NCBI GenBank assembly: GCA_965112155.1
Contig: OZ218101.1
Reading direction: 5' to 3' (one strand)
DNA from: Podarcis liolepis
Taxonomy: Eukaryota
DNA: 64,000 bases
Part shown: positions 1 through 13,920 of the stretch, piece by piece
How the letters are laid out: every line of letters begins with the position of its first letter
Position numbering within the stretch: position 1 is the stretch's first letter
Translations under genes and position numbers: made by a program
The notes under the pieces: model-generated
What the model saw: only the letters and a program-made list of their open reading frames with translations
Told to the model about the DNA's origin: nothing
Databases searched by the model: none

Positions 1-2978
1 TTATCTGTTTTTGCCAACAACTTTGAAATGATTAGGACTGAGAAGCAACCTGTTTCATACTATGGAAGGCTTAGCCCAAGCAAGACAGACTTGCAGTGCA
101 CCTTGTGATTGAGAAGGCATTCTAAAGTATACCAGTACCGTTACAAAGTTCACTTTTCACAGTTGATGTTGGTTTCCTTTAAGATGCTTTGAAAGTGACT
201 CGGCTGACCACATCCACATTCTGAAATACCATTTTTGAGAACTCCCAACGAAGCTCCAGCCAAAAGAACAGGAACTGACTCATTTTACAATGCCTGTTCA
301 ACATGTAATCAGTTTAGAGATTTTTGGCCAAAGTTACAGACAGGAACCGTGAGGAGTCAAAGTAGGAGACCCACTTTACCACTTAAAACTGGCACACATA
401 CCACTGAAATTTAAGTGCAAGAAAGATGGCTGAAAGCGGTGCAAAACCAAACTGCACACAAGCCACCCCAGATTTATCATTACACAGTTAACTGCACGTG
501 TACCTTCTAATACACAACACACAAACACCGATAAACCACTCCTGAAAGCTACATCACCTAATAATAAATAAACAGAAAAGGTTGCAGAAGGAAAAACACA
601 TCACTATTTGAAGGCACAAGCGGTAGAAATTGCAGGCAGATGGGCTATAGAATCAAAAAATGGAAAGGGTAAAGAGTCAATTAAAACACAGAAACCAGGT
701 ATGTGGTGTAGTCCTCTTCAATGTGGTAGCTTTGCACACATAGACAGATCATCATGTGGGGATCCTTTCAAACTACCAATCCTCACATTCACCATGTTCA
801 AAGGAAGTAGAGAGAGAGAGAGAAATGAGGAGAAAGAGCACATCCTACATTCAGGATAGAGCCTACATTACAGCCCATGTGAGAAAGAAGACAGAAGTCT
901 GCTCCACCTTTCTATGGTAGAGACCACCAAGAACCTCCAGGCAAGCCGATCTGAGCATTCCAAATAAAGAGAGAATAGCAAGTATTTTCGGAACTAGAAT
1001 CTGAGGAGTCAAAGGCTTCCTATCTCTTGTTCCTTAAGAAGGACATCTTCGCAGGAATGCCACACAGAAAGGGAATCTCAAAAGCAGCAAAAAGTTCATT
1101 GCTTATGTACAAGTGGATGGGGAGACCTGAAAGGAAAATGGGAACAAATCTAAGGAAATGTTGATAGAATCATGATGGGTCTTTGGAGGATTCAGAAAAT
1201 GAAAAAGCACTAAGCTGCTGGAGACACCTACACTGTAACCATTCCCAAGGTAAAGCATCTTGGATTCCAAATATAAGCAGCAATATTAGAAAGTAAAATG
1301 ATAAATGTAGGACTATTAAAAATGAATTCATCCTTGATGCACCTCACACCTGCACTATCCTCCCAGAATACACATGTTGTGCCATCTCTGTAAACCTTCC
1401 TTAAAAACTCATTTCTTATGTGAAGCTTTTGACTTCACCCCTCATGTCTTAATTGAGCATCAATTTACAACTGTCGTGTTTGGTATTAGCTATACTGAAT
1501 AATTCCTCTGAAAAAATCACCACTATACAGCAAGTGTGCTGTTTGTCAAGCCCATTGAACCCATGTCTAAACCAATATTTTTTTTCGTGTTCAGTAGAAC
1601 ATAATGTGTTTTCTGCATCCTTAAGAATTTTTTTAAAATTTATTTTCCAGGCAGTGCAAGAGCTTCTGAAAAACTCAGCTATAAGTGATAGACAATGGGG
1701 ACTGCCATAAACAGCCAGACTACTATAATATCTTTAAAACTCAAACAGTGTTCTAAAGTGGAACTATACACACATCTATGCTAGAAGTGAGATCCTGGCT
1801 GTGTTTGAAGCCAGCAGAAACACAGCTTTAAACTGCTTTTGTTTTAAAAACACAGTGACAACCAATGCCCATTGAATGTTCTTTTCCCCTTCTTTAGTAG
1901 GCATCTTCAAAGTATGATAGCCCCATATCAAAGAGCTACATATCCTGAGATGAATTTGTCCTTATTACAGTTCAGGAAAAATGACACGAAAACCAGAGGA
2001 AATTAAAAGCAACACAACTTGCTTGTCAAACTTAATATGTGACTAGCACTTGCCTGAGGCTACTGAGACTGACATTAGGAATACAGAATAATTGTCACTG
2101 TACAAAATGTAATCTGGCAATAAAAGATCCCAGAAACACACTGAATTATTGTTGTATTTCCCACTGGAGAAAAGGTTATAAAATATACAGTACAGCAAAT
2201 AACTGGCATTTAAAAAGGATCATCAGCATGGATTCCATTTCACTTGCAGCGAATACTAGTAATACAGTTATTTTAGCACCCCATCTGAAGGTGTGCTTAC
2301 TCAAAAGTAATTTTCACTAAGTCCAGGGTGCCTTAATTCTTAATAAACATCTTTAGGATTGAATCCTATGGGCTATTAGAGTAACTTTCTCATATCTAAT
2401 ACATCTCTAATGAAAACAACACAACTACATCTGGGCTAGGGAAGGTCTAGCTCAGGTAAGTTTTGATAAATTATATTTACTGGATAGTTTATTTGTTTAG
2501 TCAGTTATTCCAAATATTTTTAATAGAATTACTACTTAATACCTTTGTATAGTACCTATAATTAAGGGGCACACACTACACTTTTTGCAGATACTTGTTA
2601 CAGATGCATCATGAATTCTTTAAATAGAGATACATCTTATGCAAAAAGTTATTGCAGACAAGTATAGTTACTTTTACTGGACATAAAAAGAGAGAACCAT
2701 ACCAAAATAAGTAAAACGATTTTTCCATGCTGCCATACATCTTACCCCTGCTAGCATACCTAAGAGCTAAATCTGCCACCACAGAACCAGAGCTTCTCAA
2801 TTCCTAGCAGGATAAAATAAGGTGCTATGATCTGCATTTCCTGCAAGAGCTATAAATGAATTATTTGAGCCACAGCAGCATTACTGCTACCCAACTCTGT
2901 GATCCCTAGAATCCACACATCACTGATATTTGCTGGGTCTATAAGTGTACCAGCACAGAGACATCTTGCTAGGCAAGA

Positions 2979-3038
2979 TGCACAACAATCTTGCACAACA
3001 AAGCTAGGTGCACAACAATCTTGCACAACAAAGCTAGG
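2979..3038. repeat. Perfect 30-bp tandem duplication
   Basis: TGCACAACAATCTTGCACAACAAAGCTAGG x2. Confidence 0.95.
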
Positions 3039-5188
3039 AATCAGGACCTAAATATGTAACATGTGAACTCATCCTAAGTAAGATATAGGATAGTTAATAG
3101 TCAAAACCAATACACAATTATCAACATGCAAGCCCAGTAAAATCAATGAGCTTGCGCACTCCTAACTTCAACAGAAAGCACATAGGTAGTCCCTGTTTTT
3201 CCACCCACAGACAAACAGCAGCACCAATGCCTCTCTCAAAATTCCCCACCTTTTAATGTGGAACTTTGGCATTATGACTTCTGTCATGCCAGGTCACTAA
3301 CCTAACTTTGGAAAGGCCGAGGGCATGAATGCTCTCGCTACCATCCAGACTATAGCAGGGAAAGGGATCTTGTGGTTGTCAAAATGTTATGGGGATGGCT
3401 CCCACCATCCATTACAGTTGGCCATGCTGGTTGGTGCTCTTTGGAGTCGAAGTCCAACCCTGCACTACAGCTTCCTTCAACACCATTATTTTCTTCGGTA
3501 TTCTAACTGGAACATGGAAGCTGTTCCCTACTTCCTCTCCTCTTCAGGGCAATTGCTGTAGCTCCTCAGATCTTCTGCACTCATTAAAAGTAGCAGGAAG
3601 GAATTTCTTGCACTTTTTGGTCCTGAAGGATGCATTTCCTCACATCACTTAGCCTCTGTCCTCTGTCTTTAAACTTGTAAAAAGCAAAAGGCAAGATAAT
3701 GCATATGGTGTTCCATTCATCGTGGGGGAATGCAATGCCATAATGGAAAGTGGTTAAGCATTTCAGACTATAAGGGAATTGCGGGGGGGGGGGTCACTAT
3801 GAGATGCTTCACAGGAAGTGATTCATAAATGAAATAATTTTAAGAAGCAAATAGAAACATTAATCTAGTTGACGTACGGTAACTTGATTTAATTGGGGCA
3901 CAAGATATTTAGCCTTGCACATGTTGTTGTTGGGTCTATATCGCAGTGAATGATTTTGAGAGAGAGACGACAAAGTTAGTGCAGAAAGTGCTTAAGGGAA
4001 TGTTATTTTGCCTGCCGACTTCTAAAAAATGTAAGTGGGCACAATGGTTCCTGCAGCTGTGCCAGGACTATACATCTGAGGGTCTTGCCATATGGAAAAC
4101 TCTACCTTAACATATTTGAGGATTATCTGAATTACTTGGACAATTGTAACATTAAGCCTTAAAAACCCTGTGCTTTTAAACCAAAATAGAATAAGAGAAT
4201 TCTGACAGAACTTACAGGGATGCATGTTTATGACTGTAATCTTAGGTTTGGATTTACTCAGAAGTAAGGCCCATTCTGTATAAGGCACAAGGCAGATAAG
4301 TGTAAATAGGACTGTAGCCTAGTTTACAGCTGATGACATCTATTTTTATTTCAGTTCAATCAACAGGATGAAAGTGAACTATCTTGGACTATGTCAGCAC
4401 TTGAGAATAACTCATTCTTTAAAAAGGAACAACCAGCACCATATTAGAAATGCTTAACTACTGTGAAGTCTTTACCTATTAGAATTTAATCAGGAAGGAC
4501 AATTGCTGAACTACTACAACCACAATACTTATATATTTATCACTTTTCAAAGAACTATCCCAGAAAGCTTAAGGAAGATGGATCCTGTCTGCTCAGGTAG
4601 TTAAGAAGAAGATAAATGTGTGATTAATGTGTGGCTTGTTTCAAAATTTGCAAATGTCACGCAACTCAGAAAAGCAAAACCATTAGCCATTTTCCCTTAC
4701 TGCAACATGCATTCTATAATACTTTGTTTCAAAAAATTTATACACCACTAGGTTGTATAAAAATAAAATCTTTAAAGCAGCTTACAGAAAATGAAAAATA
4801 TATTGCTAAACCAGTAACTTTACAACTTTAGGATTACATGACTCGCTTACAGAATCAGCAAGTCTGTAGCCACTTCTAACAGCTTGCTCCACCTGCTTTG
4901 TATGCTACCGCCATACCATGTTAGATGAATGCATTCCCAAAGGTGCTTGGTGCTCCATTAATTTTGTACATCATAGTGCAGAGGTGAGGTCTACATTAAA
5001 TAGGGTCTACATTTCTCCTGCAGTAAGAAGAAATGGAAATTTGCTCATACTAATCATGGCCAACAGTTGGGAGGAGGGACATTTATGGGCAGAAAATAGA
5101 TATGGTATATTAATTAGAATGGCACGTGGAATTATGGAAGATGACAGCTAGAAACTTTTAATTAATTTTTTTCATTGTGTACATAAAA

Positions 5189-5234
5189 AGGGACATTGTG
5201 AAAAGTAGGGACATTGTGAAAAGTAGGGACATTG
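5189..5234. repeat. 18-bp tandem repeat x2.5
   Basis: AGGGACATTGTGAAAAGT x2 plus AGGGACATTG. Confidence 0.9.
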
Positions 5235-7866
5235 CTGGTAGACCTCTGAGCTCTATATCTATTTATTGATTGTTATAAGATATTTTGCCTATTGATAAGA
5301 CAACCATCGCCTACCCTAGTACAGCTAAGGCCATAACTCACTTTGGCCTGCCCTGTTAATTTATTGACAATAAATTGGTTCTTATGATCCTTTGGTGATT
5401 ACAAATGAGCCATCAACTTTGTCTTTTAAACACCCACAGTCCTACACAGTATAGTGCATTTTGTGTGTTGTAAAACAGATATAAAAAGAATGTGATATTT
5501 TGAAGTGATATTCAAAACCCTGATCCAAATATTTTGAAAAATTGCTATGCCATTTCATTCATATAGGTGTAAATGCAGATCAGGTAATCTGAATTTCCAA
5601 GGAATCTTTCAAAATCAACTGGCAACCCAATCCACCAAATCCACATGAAGGTACTCATGATAAGGACATTGGTAGAAGAGGAGCACCATACACCAACTAT
5701 ATTCATTTTCTAAAGAGTTCCTTTCAAGTTATATTGCAGTGGTTTCCCCAGCAATGAAAAGATGCAAGAGAAGAATCTATATTGCTTGAAACACTCATAT
5801 TATTATTAGGCAGGGAGGGTTGAGCTAATTGCTCTTGTGAATGATGACAGGTTCAAACAACATTTGAGTTCAGAACTTCCACAGAAGCACTCAAATAATG
5901 TTATCTGTCTTTGTTCACATAATAGATTCTCGACTGTTCCCAGAACACACACATGTGGGTCAAATAAACTGGGCAATCTATTTATGACTACAATTACTGT
6001 AATTCTAGCGGCACTTTTTCTAGCAACCACCAACCAGTCAATTTTTAAAAGAATGGCTCTTTTATAAGTTCCTTTTCACTCATTCTCTCCAGCATCCAGA
6101 TTTTCAGAGGGTCTTCCTGGCAAGCGGAATATGAAAGCACTGCTGTTCATTAATTAAAATCACATTTTAAGTCTTCCTCATTGTCAACTACATCAGAGGT
6201 CAAAGTGGGATTTGAAATTCACCACAGAAATACAATGCTTCAAAGAAAAATTAGGGATCAGAGAAGACCACTTTTGGAGAGCATTTAACTCTGTCTTCAC
6301 TTTTAATACTTCAGAACAGGTACATCACACGAAGAGACTTTTCAAAGTGCAGTGATCAAACAAGATAAGGTAATTTTGAGTGACAACATGTCTTGCTTCC
6401 TTTAAGTGCAAGAATGTGGAAGGAGGATGGATAAAATTACCTGTTTCTTAGATTGCTAACATAGGAAGTTTTCACTTATAATGCTATCTTTTATGAGTGG
6501 CAAATACATTGTAAAGCCTTCCAAACAGTTTGCTTAAGCAGCCTTTTCCAGGTGTTCACTGGACACACCTTAACTAGAACAAGAATGATTGCCAAGGTGG
6601 GGTTCTCATTCTTCCTGATTTACTAGGGAACAAGGCTGTTAAAATGCATGCTTATCTGAAAGTCCTTTTTTTTTTTTGCTCCTCTTATTAAGAATTTCCT
6701 GCTTATTTTTTACCTTTTAGACAGCAATCTATATTTTTACTGAAAGGACTCTTTATCTGTGAGCATTTAGTAGGAAAAAAGAAGGAACTATTCTGAAAAG
6801 TGTTAGAAAAATATAGGACAAAAGCAGGTCCTTTCTACCTTTTGCCATGTGTCTCAAACAATGGAGTACTGAAAACATCACTAAAACAATTAACCCTGGC
6901 TATACAAACGGGGGGGGGGGGAGAGAAAAGAACTGATTAAGACTAGAGACAGAACATTTTACACAGTCTTTACCTAGACCAGCCTCAATTAAGTCATTTC
7001 CTTCAAAAGTATAATTAAAATAAACTGAAAAATAAAGGTGAGACATTACTACACAGAAGTCAACTGGATTCTCCCACCCCGCAATTTAAGTAAACTTAAT
7101 GTTATTGACTAAAAGGTAATTGTTTCCTCTATTTGTTTCAACACAACATGTTCTAAGAAAAATCTGAAAATGAGCTAATTGAAGGAAGTATGACTAACAG
7201 AGAAAAATATTTTTCTGTTAGCTCATGACATTTTTATTATACTGGAAACTTCATTCAAAACTTATGAACACTCTTTCAGGTTTGTTATGTCCTGTACTAT
7301 GTACTTGCTTCTCTCTGCAGCATTAGTGTCAACATATTCAACAAGTTCCACTTTATAAAAAATAAAATAAAATAATTGTTACTGAAATGGGGTCCCAATT
7401 TGTGCTAACTTTTTTGTATTAGAACATGACAGACTGATATTTCAGGATGTCTTCCTGTCAGTAAGTATGTTGCAAGTAGTCAGTGGAAAGAAAAACTAGC
7501 AGTTTAACTAGAGTCTCTTTCATTTCTAAAGACAGCTTATTATGCATTTAGCCAGGCAGTACAAAATAGTTCTGCATCGGAGGGAGAACATACTATTCAA
7601 TTTCCAATTAACAATTTCCTGCCTCCCCACAAAAAAATCCTAAAAACATTTACCTTTTCAATCAGTTGCATGCCTCTTCCCTAAAATATCACCACAGAAA
7701 CATCTCAACGTTTTTTTAAACATGCTACACCAAAACAGATTAAACAAATCATTTCTATTCTCCATTTCAGTTCAGTTATTAGTTAGAAACCTGAAAATCT
7801 GGAGGTAATTTTAAACACAAAATAACAGACTATCTGTTGCAGTAGGTAGCACCACTTCTCACTTAC

Positions 7867-8330
7867 CCATGCCGAGCAAATAATACTTCCTGGTGAAAAG
7901 ATTTTACAGCTTCCGTTAACTAAAAAGCGTTCAGCACTACAGCTAGACAAGACAGATTACAAAATGCTTTTGTCAGAAGGCAGCGTGAAAGTTTCTCCCC
8001 CTACAGTTATGTTCCAGAGTAAAGAGTCACCAGCACTCCATTCCTGTGATAAAAACAAGGTAACGACAAAGGAAAAGAGGCTCAGACAAGTTCCTGTCAA
8101 AGATTCTTAACTGCAGTCTTCTGAAAATAGTAAGCAATCTTAAAGTGACAGTTACCAAACTCGAAGGTGACGCTCATTAATCCAAATTGGCTGCAGCTGG
8201 CTTTATTGTCTACCATTTGGCTTGGTCAAGCCCACATGAGTGTTAAACTTTATCACATGTTGCTGAATCACCGCCTAGTCTCATCATTACAAACTACATG
8301 TAACTAAGCAATGCGAGCGAGGAAAGCTTC
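7867..8330 (-). other. Candidate first exon ending in ATGG|GTAAGT (internal acceptors at 8043 and 8120)
   Basis: Lies downstream of the TATA-like box and retains CpGs. It ends GGCATGG|GTAAGT with ATG at 7870-7868. An internal acceptor TTGTTTTTATCACAG|G could receive upstream exons. Confidence 0.55.
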
Positions 8331-8349
8331 TACTAACTCGAAGGCAGGG

Positions 8350-8425
8350 AGTTCTTATACACAGCCGCCAATTAGCTCTTGCCCAATCACAGGCTGCAAC
8401 TAGTTGCCTCAGTCACATGACAGGG
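8350..8425 (-). promoter_or_regulatory. Compact Pol II promoter: M-box/CLEAR E-box, RFX-like palindrome, two CCAAT boxes, TATA-like box
   Basis: In order on the minus strand: GTCATGTGAC (8421-8412), palindrome GCAACTAGTTGC (8396-8407), inverted CCAAT boxes (8383-8387 and 8368-8372), TATAAGA (8359-8353). Confidence 0.6.
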
Positions 8426-11400
8426 CAGTCCTCACTACAGCAGAGAGATTTCTGAATTAGTTGGGGTTACACAAAGGACACTCATTGGGAGGGGGAAGCA
8501 GTGAGTACAAAATGAAAACGCCCAGGCTGACTGCTGTTAAGTGCTTTAAAGCAGGAAACTCCCTCGCTTCATGCAGACACACAAATTCAGAACAATGTCT
8601 ACTACACATGAAAATTAGTCAGGACCCCTAAAATCTTGTTTTATAAATACATTACACCTATTTATGCTGCCCACTGCCCTGCCAATTTTCCTGCTTTCAC
8701 TTAATTAGTGATCACTTAAAACTGATCCATTTCATAGAAACAAGCAATCAGGTACGATTAACAACATTATGATCTTAAGGAAAGAAACTTGCACCACCAC
8801 AAACCACATTATTTACTCTTCATGAACGTAATTAGATGTATGTGTGTATATTAGCCTGAATATCAACTTGAACAATTCTTTTAAATGCAGATTGGTGACA
8901 GACAAGTATATTCTCATGTTTAGAAAAACAGTTACCCTTAATTCATGCCACTCTGAATTTCATTCCATGCATTTAATTCTATTATTTACTAGCCTCAAAC
9001 AATAATAGAATGAAATCACTTTTTCAGTACTGCTACTCCAAATTTTCACAAAACATTGATGCTGTAAAATAGCTATTTCAGTATTGCTCTAATAAAGTCA
9101 AAATATATAAGATATGTAATTTAGTTCTGAACCTGAAGATTTGCATATGGTTAAAAGCATCATATGGTTACCGCAGCTGCTGTAAAAACTGGAGTACCTT
9201 GTAATGTTTCGTCCTCCTGTTATAGTTGGCAAATCCCAATTTATGGGCACGAACCATATGCCAGGACAAACCATAAGAGATGACTCAAGTTGCCTCGCCC
9301 CCACAGAACAACAGCCCTCTTTAGCAGGGGAAAGAATAACCCCTTATAGGTATGACTCAAAAAGCCTTATGCTATATTCAGAAAATGCATTAAAATTACT
9401 CTGGAGTGCTTTCATATCCTGGGATAGCAATGCAGGAATTTGATATCCCAGACTAAATCAGAACAGCTTGTCCTGGAGTAACTTCTTTTTACACCAGAAT
9501 TATCTCCAGAGCACAACATGCCACAGAGAAAAATATTCTGTTTGAATAAGCTATAATGTGTGCAAACATCACATTACAATCTTGGATCACTCTAGACAGC
9601 CATGTTGGTACCTGCCTGACTAGAGCAAGAGCCAGACTTAGAAGGCAAATAAATTAATGCATACATATGAACCAGTCTAATAACCTAGTTGTAGATCCTA
9701 TTGAAACTCAGCTTTATACAAATTGCATGAAAAAATTATAATGCCCCGAGAGAAACACCTATTTATATCTTTCAGGATATATTTCCAATCAACCAACTCT
9801 GGACTGTCAAATTCCAAATATATTATCTGTGATTTCACTTTGCTGCAACCATGACGTGTCACAGATGCATTACTACTTAGTTGTGTCACATGGTTGCAGT
9901 AGAATGAAATATACAAGGCATACTTTACAGCCAAGAAAATGTTTGTTTGTTTGTTAAAATATTTTAACACATCATCCTTTTATAGGCTAACCTTTCCAGT
10001 TTATTTTTTATTGCTTTTGGGGAAAATAATTTCTGGAAATAAAGGCATTTAACTTTAAGTTATTATGACAGAACACCCTTATAATAAACGCTTTATAATA
10101 AATACATTTCATATTAAAACCAGCAAATGCCTTTCATAAATGATGATATGGAATTGATTTAAGGCATGTTACTACTTGGTGGATCTTGGTAATACCCACT
10201 GTATAGCATATACCGATAAATATCAAGCTACATCTTTAAATCAAACAAAAGCTTCGAAAGTTATTTTAAAGCTTCTTTTAAATCTTATCCATTACGCTTA
10301 AGAAGAAATTCAAGGTAATTTAAATTTGAATAGTGTTTTCTTACAATTCTAAAGATAATCTTTATGAAACTGAACTCACATCAACTTTTAACAGAATCTG
10401 TTTACAAGTTCTGAGGACTGTGTATTTATTTAAAACATATTCACCATAAAAGAGCTATTGTCTTGTAAGACACATTGCTCTGACTTTCTTACTGAGATTT
10501 TACACACATACACAAATCCATCTACAATAACTACTCCAGGTAAATTCTTAACACATCAGAATGAAAAGGTAAAAACACAGTAGAACAAGAAGCAAAGAAA
10601 TACAAACAAATCCCCCTTAAATTAACCTCACTAGACTTTACATTAGTCTATACATTTTAATAAATATATAATGATGTAAACAACCATCTTTGTCTTGCAC
10701 CCATATAACCTCTATCACAGGAAAGAGCACTTCATCCAGCAAATTGTAAACAGCAACAAACACAACAATTAGGCAGGTGCCCAAGGCACACAAGAAATTT
10801 AGGGATTACAGTGAAATTTTGGTCTCAAGATTGCTAGAATCCAGTAAATAGGATGCCCCCCTTTTTACACTAAGTAGCATTTGCAAGAAGAATTTATTAA
10901 ACATGCAAAGAAAGACCGAAGCTTCTCCTCATATATAAATTTAAATACATGCAGATGTGGACTACTATGGTCTAATTTGAATGGGGGTGTGTGAGAGTGG
11001 ATTAATGGTGAAATAATTCTCAAATGTGGACAATCCCAAAGAAAAAGGACATAGATTATTTAATGGAGTGCTGCTTTTATAAAACGTGTCTCCTTTTTAC
11101 AGAATTTCCAACCAAATAAGATTCTTTGGGAACACTAAACCAAATTAGAATTTTGCAACCTAAAGCCTTCTCTTGCTTCAAAAGAACGATACAACTTATA
11201 TGATGTTCTTAACTGATGTGTTAATAGAATTCTATAAATCACACTCCAGATGAGTATCTTGAAGCCCATCTATATTAACACCCTAGTGGCCCAAATACAG
11301 AAATATAAGGATCGTGCACCAGCTATAACAAGGAACTGCATCTCACTGCAACTTCAGTAGTGCTCGGCCAGCAGCTGTGATTCTATGTCACAGAGAGAAC

Positions 11401-12099
11401 TGGCTGCAAAGCTAGGGGGAATCAGCAATTTGCTGCATGACATAACACACTGTCATAAACGAATATTTGGTTGTGATAAAAATCTGACTCAACCCATCAA
11501 TATTTCAGATACAAGTACATTGTTATCTTACAACCAAGTAAGAACCATGTCTACGTGTGCACCCTGCTCCAAGAAAACTCTGTATCTTGTTATACAGTCA
11601 AGGGAGCAGAAGACCAAGATCACATTGTGCAGTACACCATCCCATCCCATCTGACTTTCTCAGAATCAAGATTTGTCCATCCCTTTCCTAGCTCCTTTCT
11701 TCACAATATTTAGGTAACTCTGGCTCCAACTCTGTGTACATCTACTTCGACAAAAACACTAGTAAGCAAAGTGTCTTCCCTCTGAATAGACATGAACAAG
11801 ATAAGCCGTCAGAATCTTTTATCTCCAGTGCTTTGAGAAACTAGGTTTCTTTAACTTGCACACTTGCCCATTCTCAACCTCAACCATTTCCCTCATGATA
11901 CATAATGTTTTGGTACATGTATCAGGAAGAATGAGGTTGGATGGGGATTTAGCTATTTTTAAAGAAAAAAATTATACACCACTAATTCATTTAAAATATT
12001 ATCTATACAGCCATGCAGTAAAAATCATATAAACATTTAAAATCAGAAATCAGATAACTACTGTGGAAAGATGTATTCTTAATTGCCTGCGTTAGCATG

Positions 12100-13920
12100 A
12101 TCGAATAGAACACTTTTCAACCGGTGTTTGAAAGCTGAAACAGAAGGCTTCTGCTGAATCTCTATCGGAAGAGTGTTCTACAGTAACCCAACCTCAAGGG
12201 CTACAATGATCAGGGTATCCCTGTCCAAGAATAGCTATAGCTGGCAAACCAGACAAAGCTGGTAAGAGGCACTTGTAGCCACAGAGGACACTTGGGTCTC
12301 TAGTGGCAAATGTAGCAAGGAGTACCCCCAAACTACAGACTTGTGCCTTCAGAAGGTGTGCAACGCCATCCAGAACAGGCAATCTACCTATCTCCTAGAA
12401 ATAGGAATCTACCTGGCGCAGCTCAATTTCCCCAGGATTCATGTAGTTTATTGACCCTCATCCAGACCATCGCTGTGCTCAGACACCAATAAAGAACTTT
12501 CACAGCCTCTCCTGATTCGCCCCTGGTCAGGAGTAAGCAGCCTTCAGACCATATGGAACAACTCTGCTGGACAGCTCCTCAAGCACTGAGCTCACCATCA
12601 TGTGGTAAGACCAATTACAGTGGTGCCCCGCAAGACGAATGCCTCGCTAGACGAAAGGGTTTTCCGTTTTTGCGTTGCTTCGCTAGACGAATTTCCCTAT
12701 GGGCTTGCTTCGTAAGACGAAAATGTCTTGCGCTTTTTTTTTAAAGCCGCTTGAAGAGGCGCAGTTGCGACGGACCGTGCTTCGCAAGACGAAAAGCATC
12801 ACAAGACGAAAAGACTCGCGGAACGAATTCTTTTTGTCTTGCGAGGCACCACTGTATGAGCCCAAACACACAACTGGTCTGCTTCTGAGCACAATTTATG
12901 CCACTTACACTCTAGCCCATGCCTGGTCCATTTCATGGACCATAGCCCCTCAGTATGCCAGGGAACAAAATCGGCTCCACAGTATCAGACAAGGCACTCG
13001 GGGCAATTATGTCAATGGCCCTTCTTATTCCACCATTCCATAGTGAAACTGGGGTCTCAACAGGATAATCTGTGTGTTCACGGGGGGGAGAGAAAGCAGT
13101 CAATCAGATTTTATCTGTTTCTAGGAGTGGACCATCCTAACAGATTCCCCACCCTTGCAAGGGATAATTACTACTTAAATCCAAACCTCTTCAGGAAATG
13201 GACTGACTATGGAAATTGTCACACACCCTATTTCCACAACACCCCTCCCCAAATGAAATGAAGATTAAATCAAGGGTAAGTTCTGGTATGTGAATTGAAC
13301 TGATGACCATTTGAGACTGGCCATGGTTGACATGGAGGCCACGAACTATTGAGTAGAACCTTACACATTTTCAGAATGAATGTTGAAGTCACAAAAAACC
13401 ACAGTTATGTGCTCCTCCAACACCACACCCAAGGCAACCTCAGCTAGTTTCCTCAGGGATGAGCAGCAGGGTGAGCTCTGCACCAACAGCATCCCTAACC
13501 TGTCTCTTTGGCTCAACACCAGATGCAGGCACTACAGCTCAAAGAGAGATGGGTTTCCTGGTTATGGGAAGTGAACTCCTATGGACTACATTCACACTTT
13601 CCTCCACCACTCCCGTCTGGGCTGATGTCATATGGAGTACCAGGGTAGGCAGAGCTGAGTCAGATCTGGTCCACCCAGCTCCCCCACCCAGGTCTTGGTG
13701 ATACAGATCAGATCTGCATGCTCATCAACAATCACATCATGGATCAGCATGGTTTTATTACAGACTGAAATGGCATTTAGCAATAGAACCACCAGGCAGT
13801 TGGGAACAGAGAACAGTTGGGCAGAGAATCCATTAGTACCACGCATAGGAGCGAGCTCAATGGGAAGAAGTATCAGGCGGAAGCACCTATCACCACCCCT
13901 CCATGAAGTGTTTCCCTATT
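12100..13920 (-). mobile_element. Degraded L2-clade LINE (endonuclease N-terminus plus ORF2 remnants)
   Basis: Minus-strand translation LLNAISVCNKTMLIHDVIVDEHADLICITKTW resembles the APE endonuclease start (LLNARS..NK...ITETW). A PWHT..L..MK..R.LE.KW-like segment lies near 12.9-13.0 kb. The element is interrupted by a MITE. Confidence 0.7.
12618..12854. mobile_element. Tc1/mariner-superfamily (pogo/Tigger-like) MITE
   Basis: TIRs CAGTGGTGCCCCGCAAGAC and GTCTTGCGAGGCACCACTG with TA on both sides. CpG-rich, with a repeated internal CGCAAGACGAA-type motif. Confidence 0.85.

Noticed and set aside
12618-12854. Regularly recurring 11-mers resembling a CRISPR-like repeat-spacer pattern
   Set aside because: The context is a vertebrate genome, the repeats are too short and irregularly spaced, and they lie inside TA-flanked TIRs of a MITE.
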